Shown here: piece after piece, positions 39,134-48,950 of the stretch | Layout: every line of letters begins with the position of its first letter | Position numbering within the stretch: the stretch's first letter is position 1 | DNA from: a virus | Reading direction: 5' to 3' (one strand) | Virus record (IMG/VR): IMGVR_UViG_3300031669_005140 | DNA: 64,000 nt | The notes under the pieces: model-generated | What the model was told of the DNA's origin: nothing | Database searches by the model: none | Seen by the model: only the letters and a program-made list of their open reading frames with translations | Program-made: the position numbers and the translations under genes

Positions 39134-40147
39134 ATGAAAAACAAGAGTGTTTATTTTATTTATGATGCAGTTAATTGCACACCAAATGGCGATCCAGATA
39201 CTGGTGAGCAAAGGTATAATGAAAACAGCAAAAAGGCTGTGGTAAGTGATTTACGTATTAAGCGTTTTGGCAGGGACAAGTTAAACGATATTGGTGAAAA
39301 CGTTTACTACTTTTATGATTGGGATAGGATTTCGTCCAACAAAAAAAGTGCTAGTTCAAAAAAGAGCGATTCGGATGATACTGATTCAAAAACGAAGGAT
39401 AAAAACACTGGTTCTGGTGCAGCAATTAGATTTAACCTATTTTGCAAAGAAAATGGTATTAAGGATAATGACAGTAAGAAAATTTTACTTCAGCATTTTG
39501 TGGATGTTAGGGTTTTTGGTGGTATTTTAACTGCTAAAAATAAGGCACAAGTTACAGGTGCATTACAATTTGATGCAGAAACTGATAGCGTTAATGAAGT
39601 GGTAATAGGTAAAAATTTTATTAATCGTGGAATTACCACTGTTTTTCCTAGCGGTGGTGAAAAAGGTCAGGGTGGCATGGGTAGAGATTCATACTTACGG
39701 TATGGTTTATTTTGTGTTAAGGGTAGGGTTAGTGCTACAACAGCAAAACACAATACCATGACCGATAATGATTTGAAGCTAGTTTTATCTGCAATATGGG
39801 ATGGAATGAAAACAATTAATACTCGTAGTAAGTATGGGCATCAACCAATTGCTTGTATTGTTGTTGAGCATCCAACACAAGAAACAAAAAATGGTTATTT
39901 GGGTAAAACATTTTCTAAATCATTTACTCCCTTTGAAATTAAAACTGATAAGAAAATGTCTGAACTCTATTCCAGAGCAGACTATGAGTTTGATTTTTCT
40001 CCACTTATCAGTAAGTTTGGTGATGCTGATGTAGATAGTGTAACCATTTACTGTGATGACAATAACTTCATTCAGAAGTATTTTGCAAACCTACCCAAGA
40101 ATTGTGAGGTATTGAATCCGTTTGATACGTTAGTTACACTGATTTAA
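39134..40147 (+). CDS. cas7: type I-B Cas7 (Csh2-like)
   Basis: NCTPNGDPDTG, VSDLRIKRFGRD, FVDVRVFGG, YGLF motifs. Confidence 0.92.
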   Translation: MKNKSVYFIYDAVNCTPNGDPDTGEQRYNENSKKAVVSDLRIKRFGRDKLNDIGENVYYFYDWDRISSNKKSASSKKSDSDDTDSKTKDKNTGSGAAIRFNLFCKENGIKDNDSKKILLQHFVDVRVFGGILTAKNKAQVTGALQFDAETDSVNEVVIGKNFINRGITTVFPSGGEKGQGGMGRDSYLRYGLFCVKGRVSATTAKHNTMTDNDLKLVLSAIWDGMKTINTRSKYGHQPIACIVVEHPTQETKNGYLGKTFSKSFTPFEIKTDKKMSELYSRADYEFDFSPLISKFGDADVDSVTIYCDDNNFIQKYFANLPKNCEVLNPFDTLVTLI

Positions 40148-40156
40148 CCAATTAAT

Positions 40157-40870
40157 ATGGAAAAGGTAGTTGCGTTTAACATAAAAAGTGCTTTGGGGTC
40201 ATTTTTACGACCTCAAAGCAATAACAATCCAAGCACTTTTCATATTATACCTAAATCAGCAGTTGTTGGTATTATAGGTGCAGTAATTGGATTGGAAAGA
40301 GATGTTATGAGAGATAATAATATGTATAAATTTTTCACAGAAAAGTTGAAATATTCTGTTATTCCTCGCTCCAACTTTCAAATAAAGTATTGGTCAGAAT
40401 ATAGTTATATTCATGGAAATGTATTTCAGGGTGGTGACATTCCAATACATACGCCAAGAAAATCTGAAAAGTTGGTAAATATATCCTATGATATTTATAT
40501 CAAGTATTCGGATGAGGATGCTGATGTTAAATCATTTTTACAAAATTTTACTAGCAACATAAAGGAAAATAGTTTTGTTTTTCCACCATATATGGGAATG
40601 GCTAATTTTCCTGCCGATATTACCTATATTGGAGAGTATGTTCCTGAAATACGTAATGGTAAGTTTACAACAAATGGTATTTGCACTACGCTAGATATTG
40701 ATGATATGGATAAATTTAGAGATATTGGCATTGATGATATACCAACGCAAAGTATTTCCTATCTTGCTCATCATATCTATAAAACCATATATTTTCATAA
40801 AAATTGTGGTAGCCTTCAAGCCGAAGGCAATTACTATGCAGTTAATGAAGAAGCACTTGAATTTATTTAG
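40157..40870 (+). CDS. cas5: type I-B Cas5
   Basis: GSFLRPQSN..PSTFHIIPKSAVVGIIGAVIG and PYMGMANF. Confidence 0.9.
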   Translation: MEKVVAFNIKSALGSFLRPQSNNNPSTFHIIPKSAVVGIIGAVIGLERDVMRDNNMYKFFTEKLKYSVIPRSNFQIKYWSEYSYIHGNVFQGGDIPIHTPRKSEKLVNISYDIYIKYSDEDADVKSFLQNFTSNIKENSFVFPPYMGMANFPADITYIGEYVPEIRNGKFTTNGICTTLDIDDMDKFRDIGIDDIPTQSISYLAHHIYKTIYFHKNCGSLQAEGNYYAVNEEALEFI

Positions 40871-40977
40871 GATGTTAAAAACAATGCAATTCAATCGTTT
40901 TTTTCTAAATATTTTAGATTTTTTTAATCGTATTTACAATATAATTATTTGTATGTCAATGAGTTTATTGTAGGTAG

Positions 40978-42133
40978 GGTGTTTACTATACTAATACTTA
41001 AGGTAATTACAACGAACTGTTCTGAATTTGGTCTTAACTGATGGGTGTTTACTATACTAATACTTAAGGTAATTACAACAAATACGTTACGAAAGGCAAG
41101 GCTGTTTCTGGTGTTTACTATACTAATACTTAAGGTAATTACAACACCTTGTTTATATATTCAGGCATCAATACTGGTGTTTACTATACTAATACTTAAG
41201 GTAATTACAACAGAGTAAGGTAAATGAGTGGATTAACGATAGGTGTTTACTATACTAATACTTAAGGTAATTACAACCTTCAACCGTATTTGGTGCATTA
41301 ACTGGTGGTGTTTACTATACTAATACTTAAGGTAATTACAACTCTTTTAATTTATCAAATTCAATTAATGCTGGTGTTTACTATACTAATACTTAAGGTA
41401 ATTACAACACTGATTTAGAAAATCCAAAATATAATTATGGTGTTTACTATACTAATACTTAAGGTAATTACAACAGAGTAAGGTAAATGAGTGGATTAAC
41501 GATAGGTGTTTACTATACTAATACTTAAGGTAATTACAACACAATGGGTGAAGTATGTGAGTTGCTCAAGGGTGTTTACTATACTAATACTTAAGGTAAT
41601 TACAACACGTTGTGCGTAATTGTGCTTTTGATTTTGGATGTTTACTATACTAATACTTAAGGTAATTACAACGTTCACCGAATAGTTGGGTATGTGCTTA
41701 TGATGTTTACTATACTAATACTTAAGGTAATTACAACGTTGCAAATTAATAGCGGTGATTTATCACGATGTTTACTATACTAATACTTAAGGTAATTACA
41801 ACCAATTGTTTATAATTGAGATTAATCCAGAAGATGTTTACTATACTAATACTTAAGGTAATTACAACTTTTCAGCTAAAAGAAAAAGGGAGCTCGATGA
41901 TGTTTACTATACTAATACTTAAGGTAATTACAACAAGTAAATACCAATACCACCTACATAGAGGGATGTTTACTATACTAATACTTAAGGTAATTACAAC
42001 CCAGTGCCCTCAAAGGGAGTTCTAAATATCTGATGTTTACTATACTAATACTTAAGGTAATTACAACTTATGTAGCTGCATCAAGTATTGATGATGGGGT
42101 GTTTACTATACTAATACTTAAGGTAATTACAAC
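40978..42133 (+). CRISPR. CRISPR array: 18 repeats of 36 bp, 17 spacers of 29-31 bp
   Basis: Repeat G(G/A)TGTTTACTATACTAATACTTAAGGTAATTACAAC; spacers 13x30, 3x29, 1x31; spacer 4 = spacer 8. Confidence 0.99.
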
Positions 42134-42196
42134 TAAGCACCCCCAAATAATCGGGTATTTACAATGTTAAAATTTAAAGTAGTTAACAATTTTACT

Positions 42197-42227
42197 TGCA
42201 ATGTTAAGGAATAATGCCTAGATTTGT
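42197..42227 (+). promoter_or_regulatory. Bacteroidota housekeeping-type promoter (TTG-N20-TAGATTTG)
   Basis: TTGCAATGTTAAGGAATAATGCCTAGATTTG; near-identical block at ~45833-45857; both precede YD paralogs. Confidence 0.7.
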
Positions 42228-42328
42228 AATCAATTAATTAGCAGCCACTTTTTTATAAATCAAAACATGATGACCCAGAAGCTAGTTAATAACTAAATAA
42301 CAATTAATAACTAATTTAAAATTTTTTT

Positions 42329-42787
42329 ATGAAAATAACAACTGATTATCTCAAATCAATTGATGCATCATCAAGTATGATTGCTCGATTTAGTTATACA
42401 CCCGAACTACACGATATCGATATGTTATCGGAAGTTACAACTGGTGATAAATCATTATTTAACGATATTAATTGGTTGATTAATAAGTTAAAAGGTAAAT
42501 TACCTGTTAGTAAGTTAACTTTTAAGAATTCAAGTGGTTATACTATGGAGTATACCTATGATGAAAGAGGAAATAAGTTAACTTTTAAGAATTCAACTGG
42601 TTATGCTGAAGAATATACCTATGATGAAAGAGGAAATAAGTTAACATTTAAGAATTCAAATGGTTATTCATCTGAATATACTTATGATGAAAGAGGAAAT
42701 AAGTTAACTTATAAGAACTCAGATGGTAATATTATTGCTGATTATACACAAATGAAGTATGATTTAACTGATTTTGAGATAAGATAA
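42329..42787 (+). CDS. YD-like repeat protein, paralog 3 (3 repeats)
   Basis: Same N-domain and C-tail; lies between the array and cas3. Confidence 0.88.
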   Translation: MKITTDYLKSIDASSSMIARFSYTPELHDIDMLSEVTTGDKSLFNDINWLINKLKGKLPVSKLTFKNSSGYTMEYTYDERGNKLTFKNSTGYAEEYTYDERGNKLTFKNSNGYSSEYTYDERGNKLTYKNSDGNIIADYTQMKYDLTDFEIR

Positions 42788-42937
42788 TAATAAAATATAA
42801 TTAAGATAAAGTCATATACACCCATAATGTATATGACTTTATCATTTATAGTAATCCAAGCAATATAATAAAAATTGCTACTATTGCGTAACATATATTA
42901 ATAGTCTGCGTATAATTAAGAAAAAATAGTAAAAAAT

Positions 42938-45304
42938 ATGGCAACCTATAATCCTAAATCCCATCCAACTAAGTTACTTATTGACCATAAGAAAGGCATT
43001 CTAAACCTTTCTGATGTTACGGATTTGCTATTACTGGCAGTTTCATTTCACGATGTTGGAAAGATGAATGATAACTTTCAAAAGTATATTGTTGGTGATT
43101 CATATTCTGGATATAAAAACCATGCATATATTTCGGCGTACTATCTCATAAATGGGTTTGTTAACAATAAAGAAGCAATTAAGAAAAGATTTTCTTTTAT
43201 TACTGAATATAATTTTGAAATGATACTGCTATTGTTAGGAAATGTTGTTATCGGCCATCACGGTTATCTTCGAAATATTGATGAAATATTTAGTAATGAT
43301 AAGGAATGGGATGACATGATTAACTATCTTAAGTCAATAAATATGACTGAGCATGTCAATACTTTCTTTAAGGATAATATTGATCTTTTGGGGTGTGAGT
43401 TAACATTTATTGATGATATTGAAAAATGTGATTACTATCGCACATTCGGTAGAATTTTGGATAAACCTAGTTGGAATGTATCTGCGTTAGATTATTACTT
43501 TGATACTATTATGACGTTTGCTGAACTAGTAACTGGTGATAGGAGAGATGCATCTGGAAATGTTGCATCATATAGGGAAAAAACAAAAAAAAGATATGCC
43601 TATTCATTAGAAAATAATTTGGAGTGGATGTTTAATAGCTTAACAAGTAAAAGTGACTTAAATACTGTTCGTAATAAGATTAGAAAAATGGCAGTTAGTG
43701 AGTTATCAACACAACTTAACAGCAGTAAAGACAAGAGAGTATTTACCTTAACAGCACCAACTGGTAGTGGAAAAACATTAATGATGTTACAACTTGCTAC
43801 TGAAATTTTAAAAAGGAAGGGTTATGATCACGATATAATTTATTCGCTTCCATATCTTTCAATTATTGATCAAACTACGAAGATATTGAATAAAGATTTA
43901 AGAATAGAAACTCTAAACTATACCTCTGCTTCAGATACAAGTATGAAACTTAAAAGTATGATGGAAAAGGAAAGCGGGTCGAAGGATTTGATTGAGTATG
44001 CCTTTTCTGAAAATTGCTTTGATCATTCGTTTATTGTTACAACGTTTAATCAGCTATTTGAAACATTACTTAGTAACAGCACAAGTAAGTTAATAAGGCT
44101 GAAAAATTTCAAAAAGCGCATATTCTTAATTGATGAGTTTCAAGCAGCAAGTCCAATGCAGTATTATACGCTTATGAACCTTCTGAATGAGTTTTGTGTG
44201 AGATATGATAGCTATGCCATTATTAGTACTGCAACAATGCCAAATTTTGGTATAGATTGGAATGCAATGAAAAACAAAAACATTAAAAATCTGTTTAAAA
44301 AGCAGTTTTACAATACAGAATTACTACCAGATAAGGTATTTGAGAATAGCGTTTTTAATCGATATAGAATTAACTTTAGTGGTGAAGTAGATCAAAATTC
44401 TTTGTATAAAATGGTAAATGACGCAGATAAAAGTGCGTTATTGATTGTAAATACAATACGAACTTCACAAATAATGTATTCAAAGTTTGCGGAAGTCAAC
44501 AATGCGAAAGTCAACAATTTTGATAAGTTATATTTATTAAATGCTCATATTAGTCCAGCAGATAGACTAAAATTGATTAGTAATATTTTTGACGATTTAA
44601 AAAATAATATAAAAATTCTTGTAATAAGTACACAGGTAATTGAAGCAGGAGTTGATATTAGTTTTCCTATAGTATATCGGGATGCTGCTCCACCTTCAAG
44701 CGTTGTTCAAGCATGTGGTCGTGGTAATCGCAATGGCGAATTTGGCATAATTGATATTTACCTATTTTTATTTAAAGATGGTGGGAATGCAAATTATGAT
44801 TGCAACATGGTTTATCATGGCACAATGACAAATAACTTTAGAAATGACATAAAAAATAAGATATCATCCCTAACTGAAATTGAATTTCATAAAAGATGCC
44901 AAAAATATTTTGCAGGATTATCCATAAATGCTGAGCATGGCAAGGTGAGTGAAAACCAAAATATTGTTGATGACATTCTTGACGGTAAATTTTATGATAT
45001 TGGTAATTATAGATTCATTCAAGGTGATCCAGATACACACACAATATATGTGGGTAAAGATGATGATACTTGGAACGCATATATTAACTCATTGCAACAA
45101 ATAAAATCAGCAAATAATTATCAGGAACGTGATATTGCAAATATCGAATTTAAGCGTATAAGAGGAGTGGTTCTTCAAAATTGCATAAACATACGCACCA
45201 AGGTTTTTGAATCGATTAGTGTTGAAGAAAATGATGTTTTTGGTGTGTATAGGTTGCTTGATGTTGATAAATATGATTCAAAAATTGGACTGATTGAATT
45301 TTAA
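42938..45304 (+). CDS. cas3: Cas3 (HD nuclease plus SF2 helicase)
   Basis: LIDH, FHDVGK, HHG; TAPTGSGKT, DEFQ, STAT, TQVIEAGVDISF, QACGRGNRNG; own promoter 42887. Confidence 0.95.
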   Translation: MATYNPKSHPTKLLIDHKKGILNLSDVTDLLLLAVSFHDVGKMNDNFQKYIVGDSYSGYKNHAYISAYYLINGFVNNKEAIKKRFSFITEYNFEMILLLLGNVVIGHHGYLRNIDEIFSNDKEWDDMINYLKSINMTEHVNTFFKDNIDLLGCELTFIDDIEKCDYYRTFGRILDKPSWNVSALDYYFDTIMTFAELVTGDRRDASGNVASYREKTKKRYAYSLENNLEWMFNSLTSKSDLNTVRNKIRKMAVSELSTQLNSSKDKRVFTLTAPTGSGKTLMMLQLATEILKRKGYDHDIIYSLPYLSIIDQTTKILNKDLRIETLNYTSASDTSMKLKSMMEKESGSKDLIEYAFSENCFDHSFIVTTFNQLFETLLSNSTSKLIRLKNFKKRIFLIDEFQAASPMQYYTLMNLLNEFCVRYDSYAIISTATMPNFGIDWNAMKNKNIKNLFKKQFYNTELLPDKVFENSVFNRYRINFSGEVDQNSLYKMVNDADKSALLIVNTIRTSQIMYSKFAEVNNAKVNNFDKLYLLNAHISPADRLKLISNIFDDLKNNIKILVISTQVIEAGVDISFPIVYRDAAPPSSVVQACGRGNRNGEFGIIDIYLFLFKDGGNANYDCNMVYHGTMTNNFRNDIKNKISSLTEIEFHKRCQKYFAGLSINAEHGKVSENQNIVDDILDGKFYDIGNYRFIQGDPDTHTIYVGKDDDTWNAYINSLQQIKSANNYQERDIANIEFKRIRGVVLQNCINIRTKVFESISVEENDVFGVYRLLDVDKYDSKIGLIEF

Positions 45305-45406
45305 TATCGTGCATTGATTTTTTACCATTGCAAATTTAAATTATTGTCGTATATTTGCCTATTGATAAAATTGCAATACCGTTTCGTATTGTAAAAGAAT
45401 AGCATT

Positions 45407-45829
45407 ATGAATAATATAGGTATTACATCAAATCAGCAATTAAATATGAATGGTATTGCTAACGCTACCATAAAAAAGGTACGGCAATATTGCGAAGACT
45501 GCTATGGAGTTGGAGAAGTTTCAAGTTGTTGTAATAGCGATTGCGAAAATGGTAGGTGTTTGCTCTGTGGTAGGTATTGTAAGGAAGTGCCATGTGATAA
45601 TTGCTGGGGACAGGGATATATTGACTATGAGGTAGGTGATGAGGTAGAAATATTTGTTTGTGCATATTCTGATGAATATTTATGGAACTCACTACATAAA
45701 CCCAAGCATATTGAAGATAGTAAAACATTTACTGGTAAAATAAAATCATTTATTGATGATAAAAATGCGGTGGTTCGAATAGGAAGAAAAGAAGTAAATA
45801 TAGAGATTAAAGATTTAAGTATAAGGTAG
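45407..45829 (+). CDS. Cys-rich Zn-finger protein (DnaJ-like CxxCxGxG)
   Basis: CEDCYGVG and CDNCWGQG. Confidence 0.7.
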   Translation: MNNIGITSNQQLNMNGIANATIKKVRQYCEDCYGVGEVSSCCNSDCENGRCLLCGRYCKEVPCDNCWGQGYIDYEVGDEVEIFVCAYSDEYLWNSLHKPKHIEDSKTFTGKIKSFIDDKNAVVRIGRKEVNIEIKDLSIR

Positions 45830-45909
45830 CATTGTTAAGGAATAATGCCTAGATTTGTATTGATTAATTACGAGTTAATAACTAAATAACAATTAATAAT
45901 AAATATTTT

Positions 45910-46242
45910 ATGAAAATTACGACAGATTATCTCAAATCAATTAACGCACCAGTAAGAATGATAAAATCATTTGAAAGTATTTCTGAACTACATGGTATTG
46001 ATTTTAACAAATCAACTGAAATCACTGTTGGTGATAGTACGCTATATAACGACATACATTGGCTTATTATTGAATCAAAAGGTATGTTGCTTATAAATAA
46101 TTTAACTTATAAAGATTCTTCAGGTTTTTCAGAAAAAATAACTTATGATGAAAAAGGAAATGCTTTAGCTAAAACTAGAATACGTGCTAATGATAAAGAA
46201 TATACATATGATTTAACTCTTTTTGAAGTAAACCAGTTTTAA
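45910..46242 (+). CDS. YD-like repeat protein, paralog 4 (1 repeat, diverged)
   Basis: MKITTDYLKSI...YDLTLFEV. Confidence 0.82.
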   Translation: MKITTDYLKSINAPVRMIKSFESISELHGIDFNKSTEITVGDSTLYNDIHWLIIESKGMLLINNLTYKDSSGFSEKITYDEKGNALAKTRIRANDKEYTYDLTLFEVNQF

Positions 46243-46255
46243 TAATAAAAATTTT

Positions 46256-46960
46256 ATGAAAATTACGATTCATTATCTCAAGTCAATTAATGCGTCTTCA
46301 GAAATGATTACTAAATTTAAGAACACGCCAGAACTTCATAATATCGATATATTATCGGAAGTTACAACTGGTGATGAATCATTATTTAACGATATTCAAT
46401 GGATAATTGGTAGGTTAAAGGGTGAACTACCAGTTAAAAAATTAACTTTTATTGATGTAGATAAATATTCTGAAGAATATACTTATAATGAAAAGGGTAA
46501 GGTTTTAACCTATACAGATTCTGATAATAATTCTGAAAAATATACTTATGATGAAAAAGGGAATATCCTAACCTATAAAAATTCTGATGGTTATTTTGAA
46601 AAATATGTGTATGATGTAAATGGAAATATGCTAACATATACAAATTCAAGTGGTTATTGGTCAGAAAATACGTATAATGAAAAAAATATGCAATTAACAT
46701 ATAAAGATTCTAATAATAATTCTGAAGAATATACTTACGATGAAAAGGGATGGATTTTAACCTATAAAAATTCTGACAATAGTTCATATGAAAATACCTA
46801 TGATGAGGATGGTAAAATGATAACCCATAAAAATTCTAATGGTTATTTACTTCAATATGTCTACGATGAAAATGGTTATTTAATGATGACTAATGATTTA
46901 AGCGAGAATGCTGATATTCCTATATTAAAATATGATTTAACTCTTTTTGAAACAAAGTAA
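46256..46960 (+). CDS. YD-like repeat protein, paralog 5 (7 diverged repeats)
   Basis: MKITIHYLKSI...LKYDLTLFETK. Confidence 0.88.
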   Translation: MKITIHYLKSINASSEMITKFKNTPELHNIDILSEVTTGDESLFNDIQWIIGRLKGELPVKKLTFIDVDKYSEEYTYNEKGKVLTYTDSDNNSEKYTYDEKGNILTYKNSDGYFEKYVYDVNGNMLTYTNSSGYWSENTYNEKNMQLTYKDSNNNSEEYTYDEKGWILTYKNSDNSSYENTYDEDGKMITHKNSNGYLLQYVYDENGYLMMTNDLSENADIPILKYDLTLFETK

Positions 46961-47072
46961 TTGCAAAATATATTTAAGATAAAGCCATATACATTATAAG
47001 CGTATATGGCTTTATTATTTTTAATTGTGATGATAATAAAAATAGTCATATGATTTTGTAACATATTAATCA

Positions 47073-47534
47073 ATGGCATCGTATATAGGTTATGATAAAA
47101 AATATATACCAACTAATTTTTTAAAATTTAAAACTATGGTAATATTAACGATTTTAAACACATTGGCAATAGCCTATTTGATTATATCAAAAAAATCAAA
47201 ATACTATTTAAGGTTTAAAAGGGAAGATACAAGTTTTAACCATACATTACTCGGTTATAGACTTAGTTTATGGAAAAAATTGAGTGAATATTCTGCAGGT
47301 TCAAATTTTTCTGTTTATTTTAAAATTAGAAATAGAAAGAAAACGGAAATGAAGGAAGATGCGCAGAGGATGATTAAACTATACTCACAACAAAATAAAT
47401 TACAGTCATTAACTGCCAAATTTTCGTGGTTAAAAACTTGGGATGAAGTAAGAGAGTTTCAAAAGTATTATACATGTGTTGATCAAAGGATAGTTGAAAA
47501 TTTGGTGGCAGGATTTATACCGAAAAATTCATAG
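47073..47534 (+). CDS. hypothetical protein with N-terminal TM (probable start 47136)
   Basis: ORF track; promoter 47057. Confidence 0.7.
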   Translation: MASYIGYDKKYIPTNFLKFKTMVILTILNTLAIAYLIISKKSKYYLRFKREDTSFNHTLLGYRLSLWKKLSEYSAGSNFSVYFKIRNRKKTEMKEDAQRMIKLYSQQNKLQSLTAKFSWLKTWDEVREFQKYYTCVDQRIVENLVAGFIPKNS

Positions 47535-47557
47535 AATATTAATTAAAACCAATAAAA

Positions 47558-47917
47558 ATGGTAATGGAAATACAAGAAATTGTTGAAAGGCAAATGTATG
47601 ATGCAAGAGTATTTAATGCAATACAAGACGCAAAAAAGAATGATACTTCATTTACTGATAGAGGACTACTTGGGATGTTCCCCCCGAAATACTCACAAAC
47701 AGAAGTTAGAAAAATTTGGTTTGATGCTATGGGTTTGGGTATGCAAGAAGGATTAAGAATGGCAAGTATTGAAGGACAAATTATTGATCTTACAAACAAC
47801 CGTAATAATCCTAAGCATAGAGAGTTTTTAGATAAATTATATAAACTTATGGGAGAATATAATTGTGCAATTCAATATCATTCGTTATATGGAATGTTGG
47901 TTGTTGATCGTGGCTAG
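47558..47917 (+). CDS. hypothetical protein
   Basis: ORF track. Confidence 0.75.
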   Translation: MVMEIQEIVERQMYDARVFNAIQDAKKNDTSFTDRGLLGMFPPKYSQTEVRKIWFDAMGLGMQEGLRMASIEGQIIDLTNNRNNPKHREFLDKLYKLMGEYNCAIQYHSLYGMLVVDRG

Positions 47918-48095
47918 GCATTATTTTCATTTATTTGTAGTAATGAAATTATTGCTTATATTTGTGGATATATTTTAGTAATTATGTGCTTTAATGATGA
48001 TGTAATTTTAAGAAATTGTTTTCCTATTCTTAATTTAAATGAAAATGAGGTTAAAATTATATATGATTTTCATGAAAGACTAAATCTCATAGAAT

Positions 48096-48290
48096 ATGAA
48101 TAAAATATGGAAAAATAGATTTATTATCATGATTGTAATTGGACAGATTTTAGTGTGGTTTAATATTACAGGCCAATGGCATAATAGCATTAAATTTGTT
48201 TTGTGGGGAATTGGAATGTTAATTTCGTGTATTGGGATATTCTTGCAAATAATTATTGCACCAAGCAATTCTAAAAGTAATATAAAGTGA
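48096..48290 (+). CDS. small membrane protein
   Basis: Two hydrophobic segments. Confidence 0.6.
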   Translation: MNKIWKNRFIIMIVIGQILVWFNITGQWHNSIKFVLWGIGMLISCIGIFLQIIIAPSNSKSNIK

Positions 48291-48321
48291 TCTAATTATT
48301 GTATAAATAAAATTAATTAAC

Positions 48322-48576
48322 ATGAAAACTTACTTAGTGAGAATAAAAGAAAAACGAGTTAATGGTAAAATAATATATCAACCACAATTAAAGAAAAAGA
48401 TATTGTTGTTTTTTTTATTTAATTGGCAACCATTATGTATGCTAATTATTTATGCGGATGAAAATCCACAACGTTCTGAAATAAAATGGTGGACTGAAAA
48501 TAAAAAAGAAGCAGAACTAGAATTAGATAAATTTGCTTTTAATCATAAGGAAGTTAAATTAGAACAACATTTATGA
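48322..48576 (+). CDS. hypothetical protein
   Basis: ORF track. Confidence 0.65.
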   Translation: MKTYLVRIKEKRVNGKIIYQPQLKKKILLFFLFNWQPLCMLIIYADENPQRSEIKWWTENKKEAELELDKFAFNHKEVKLEQHL

Positions 48577-48851
48577 TAAAAAGATTGAAAACAGGAAGAT
48601 TTAGATTCACATTTGTTTTTAGGCACAAATGGGATAGTAGGGACGAATTAATGGATAGTTCTGAATTTAGGGATTATAGAATAGGTTTATGGTTCAAAAT
48701 AAATAAAATTGTTGGAAGTAAAAACTTTAACAATCCTAAAGAGTGGAAAAATAATCTAGTAAATGATTATATGATTGGTGTGAATTTAATTATCTGTAAG
48801 GCTTGGATTACTTTTAATTATGGTGGTAAGTCATTTAATGTTTTATATTAA
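48573..48851 (+). CDS. hypothetical protein
   Basis: ORF track; ATGA overlap with the previous gene. Confidence 0.7.
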   Translation: MIKRLKTGRFRFTFVFRHKWDSRDELMDSSEFRDYRIGLWFKINKIVGSKNFNNPKEWKNNLVNDYMIGVNLIICKAWITFNYGGKSFNVLY

Positions 48852-48950
48852 GTTAATGCTGGGATTACCTAGCAATAATAATGTTATATTGAGTTAATGC
48901 TAGGATTACCCAGCAAAAAAATAACAAGAAAAACTAAATAAAGTTATTGC

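Noticed and set aside
41496-42025. ORFs 41496..41678 and 41816..42025
   Set aside because: Translations of CRISPR repeat-spacer units, not genes.
41014-42097. Self-targeting spacers
   Set aside because: No match to the window found by eye; this was not an exhaustive search.
40871-42330. Type II or VI assignment for the array (cas9/cas13, tracrRNA)
   Set aside because: No large effector ORF and no anti-repeat seen nearby. The flanking genes are clearly type I.
16744-46960. Calling the YD-like proteins Rhs toxins
   Set aside because: They are too short and have no PAAR/VgrG link, no DPxG cleavage motif and no C-terminal toxin domain.
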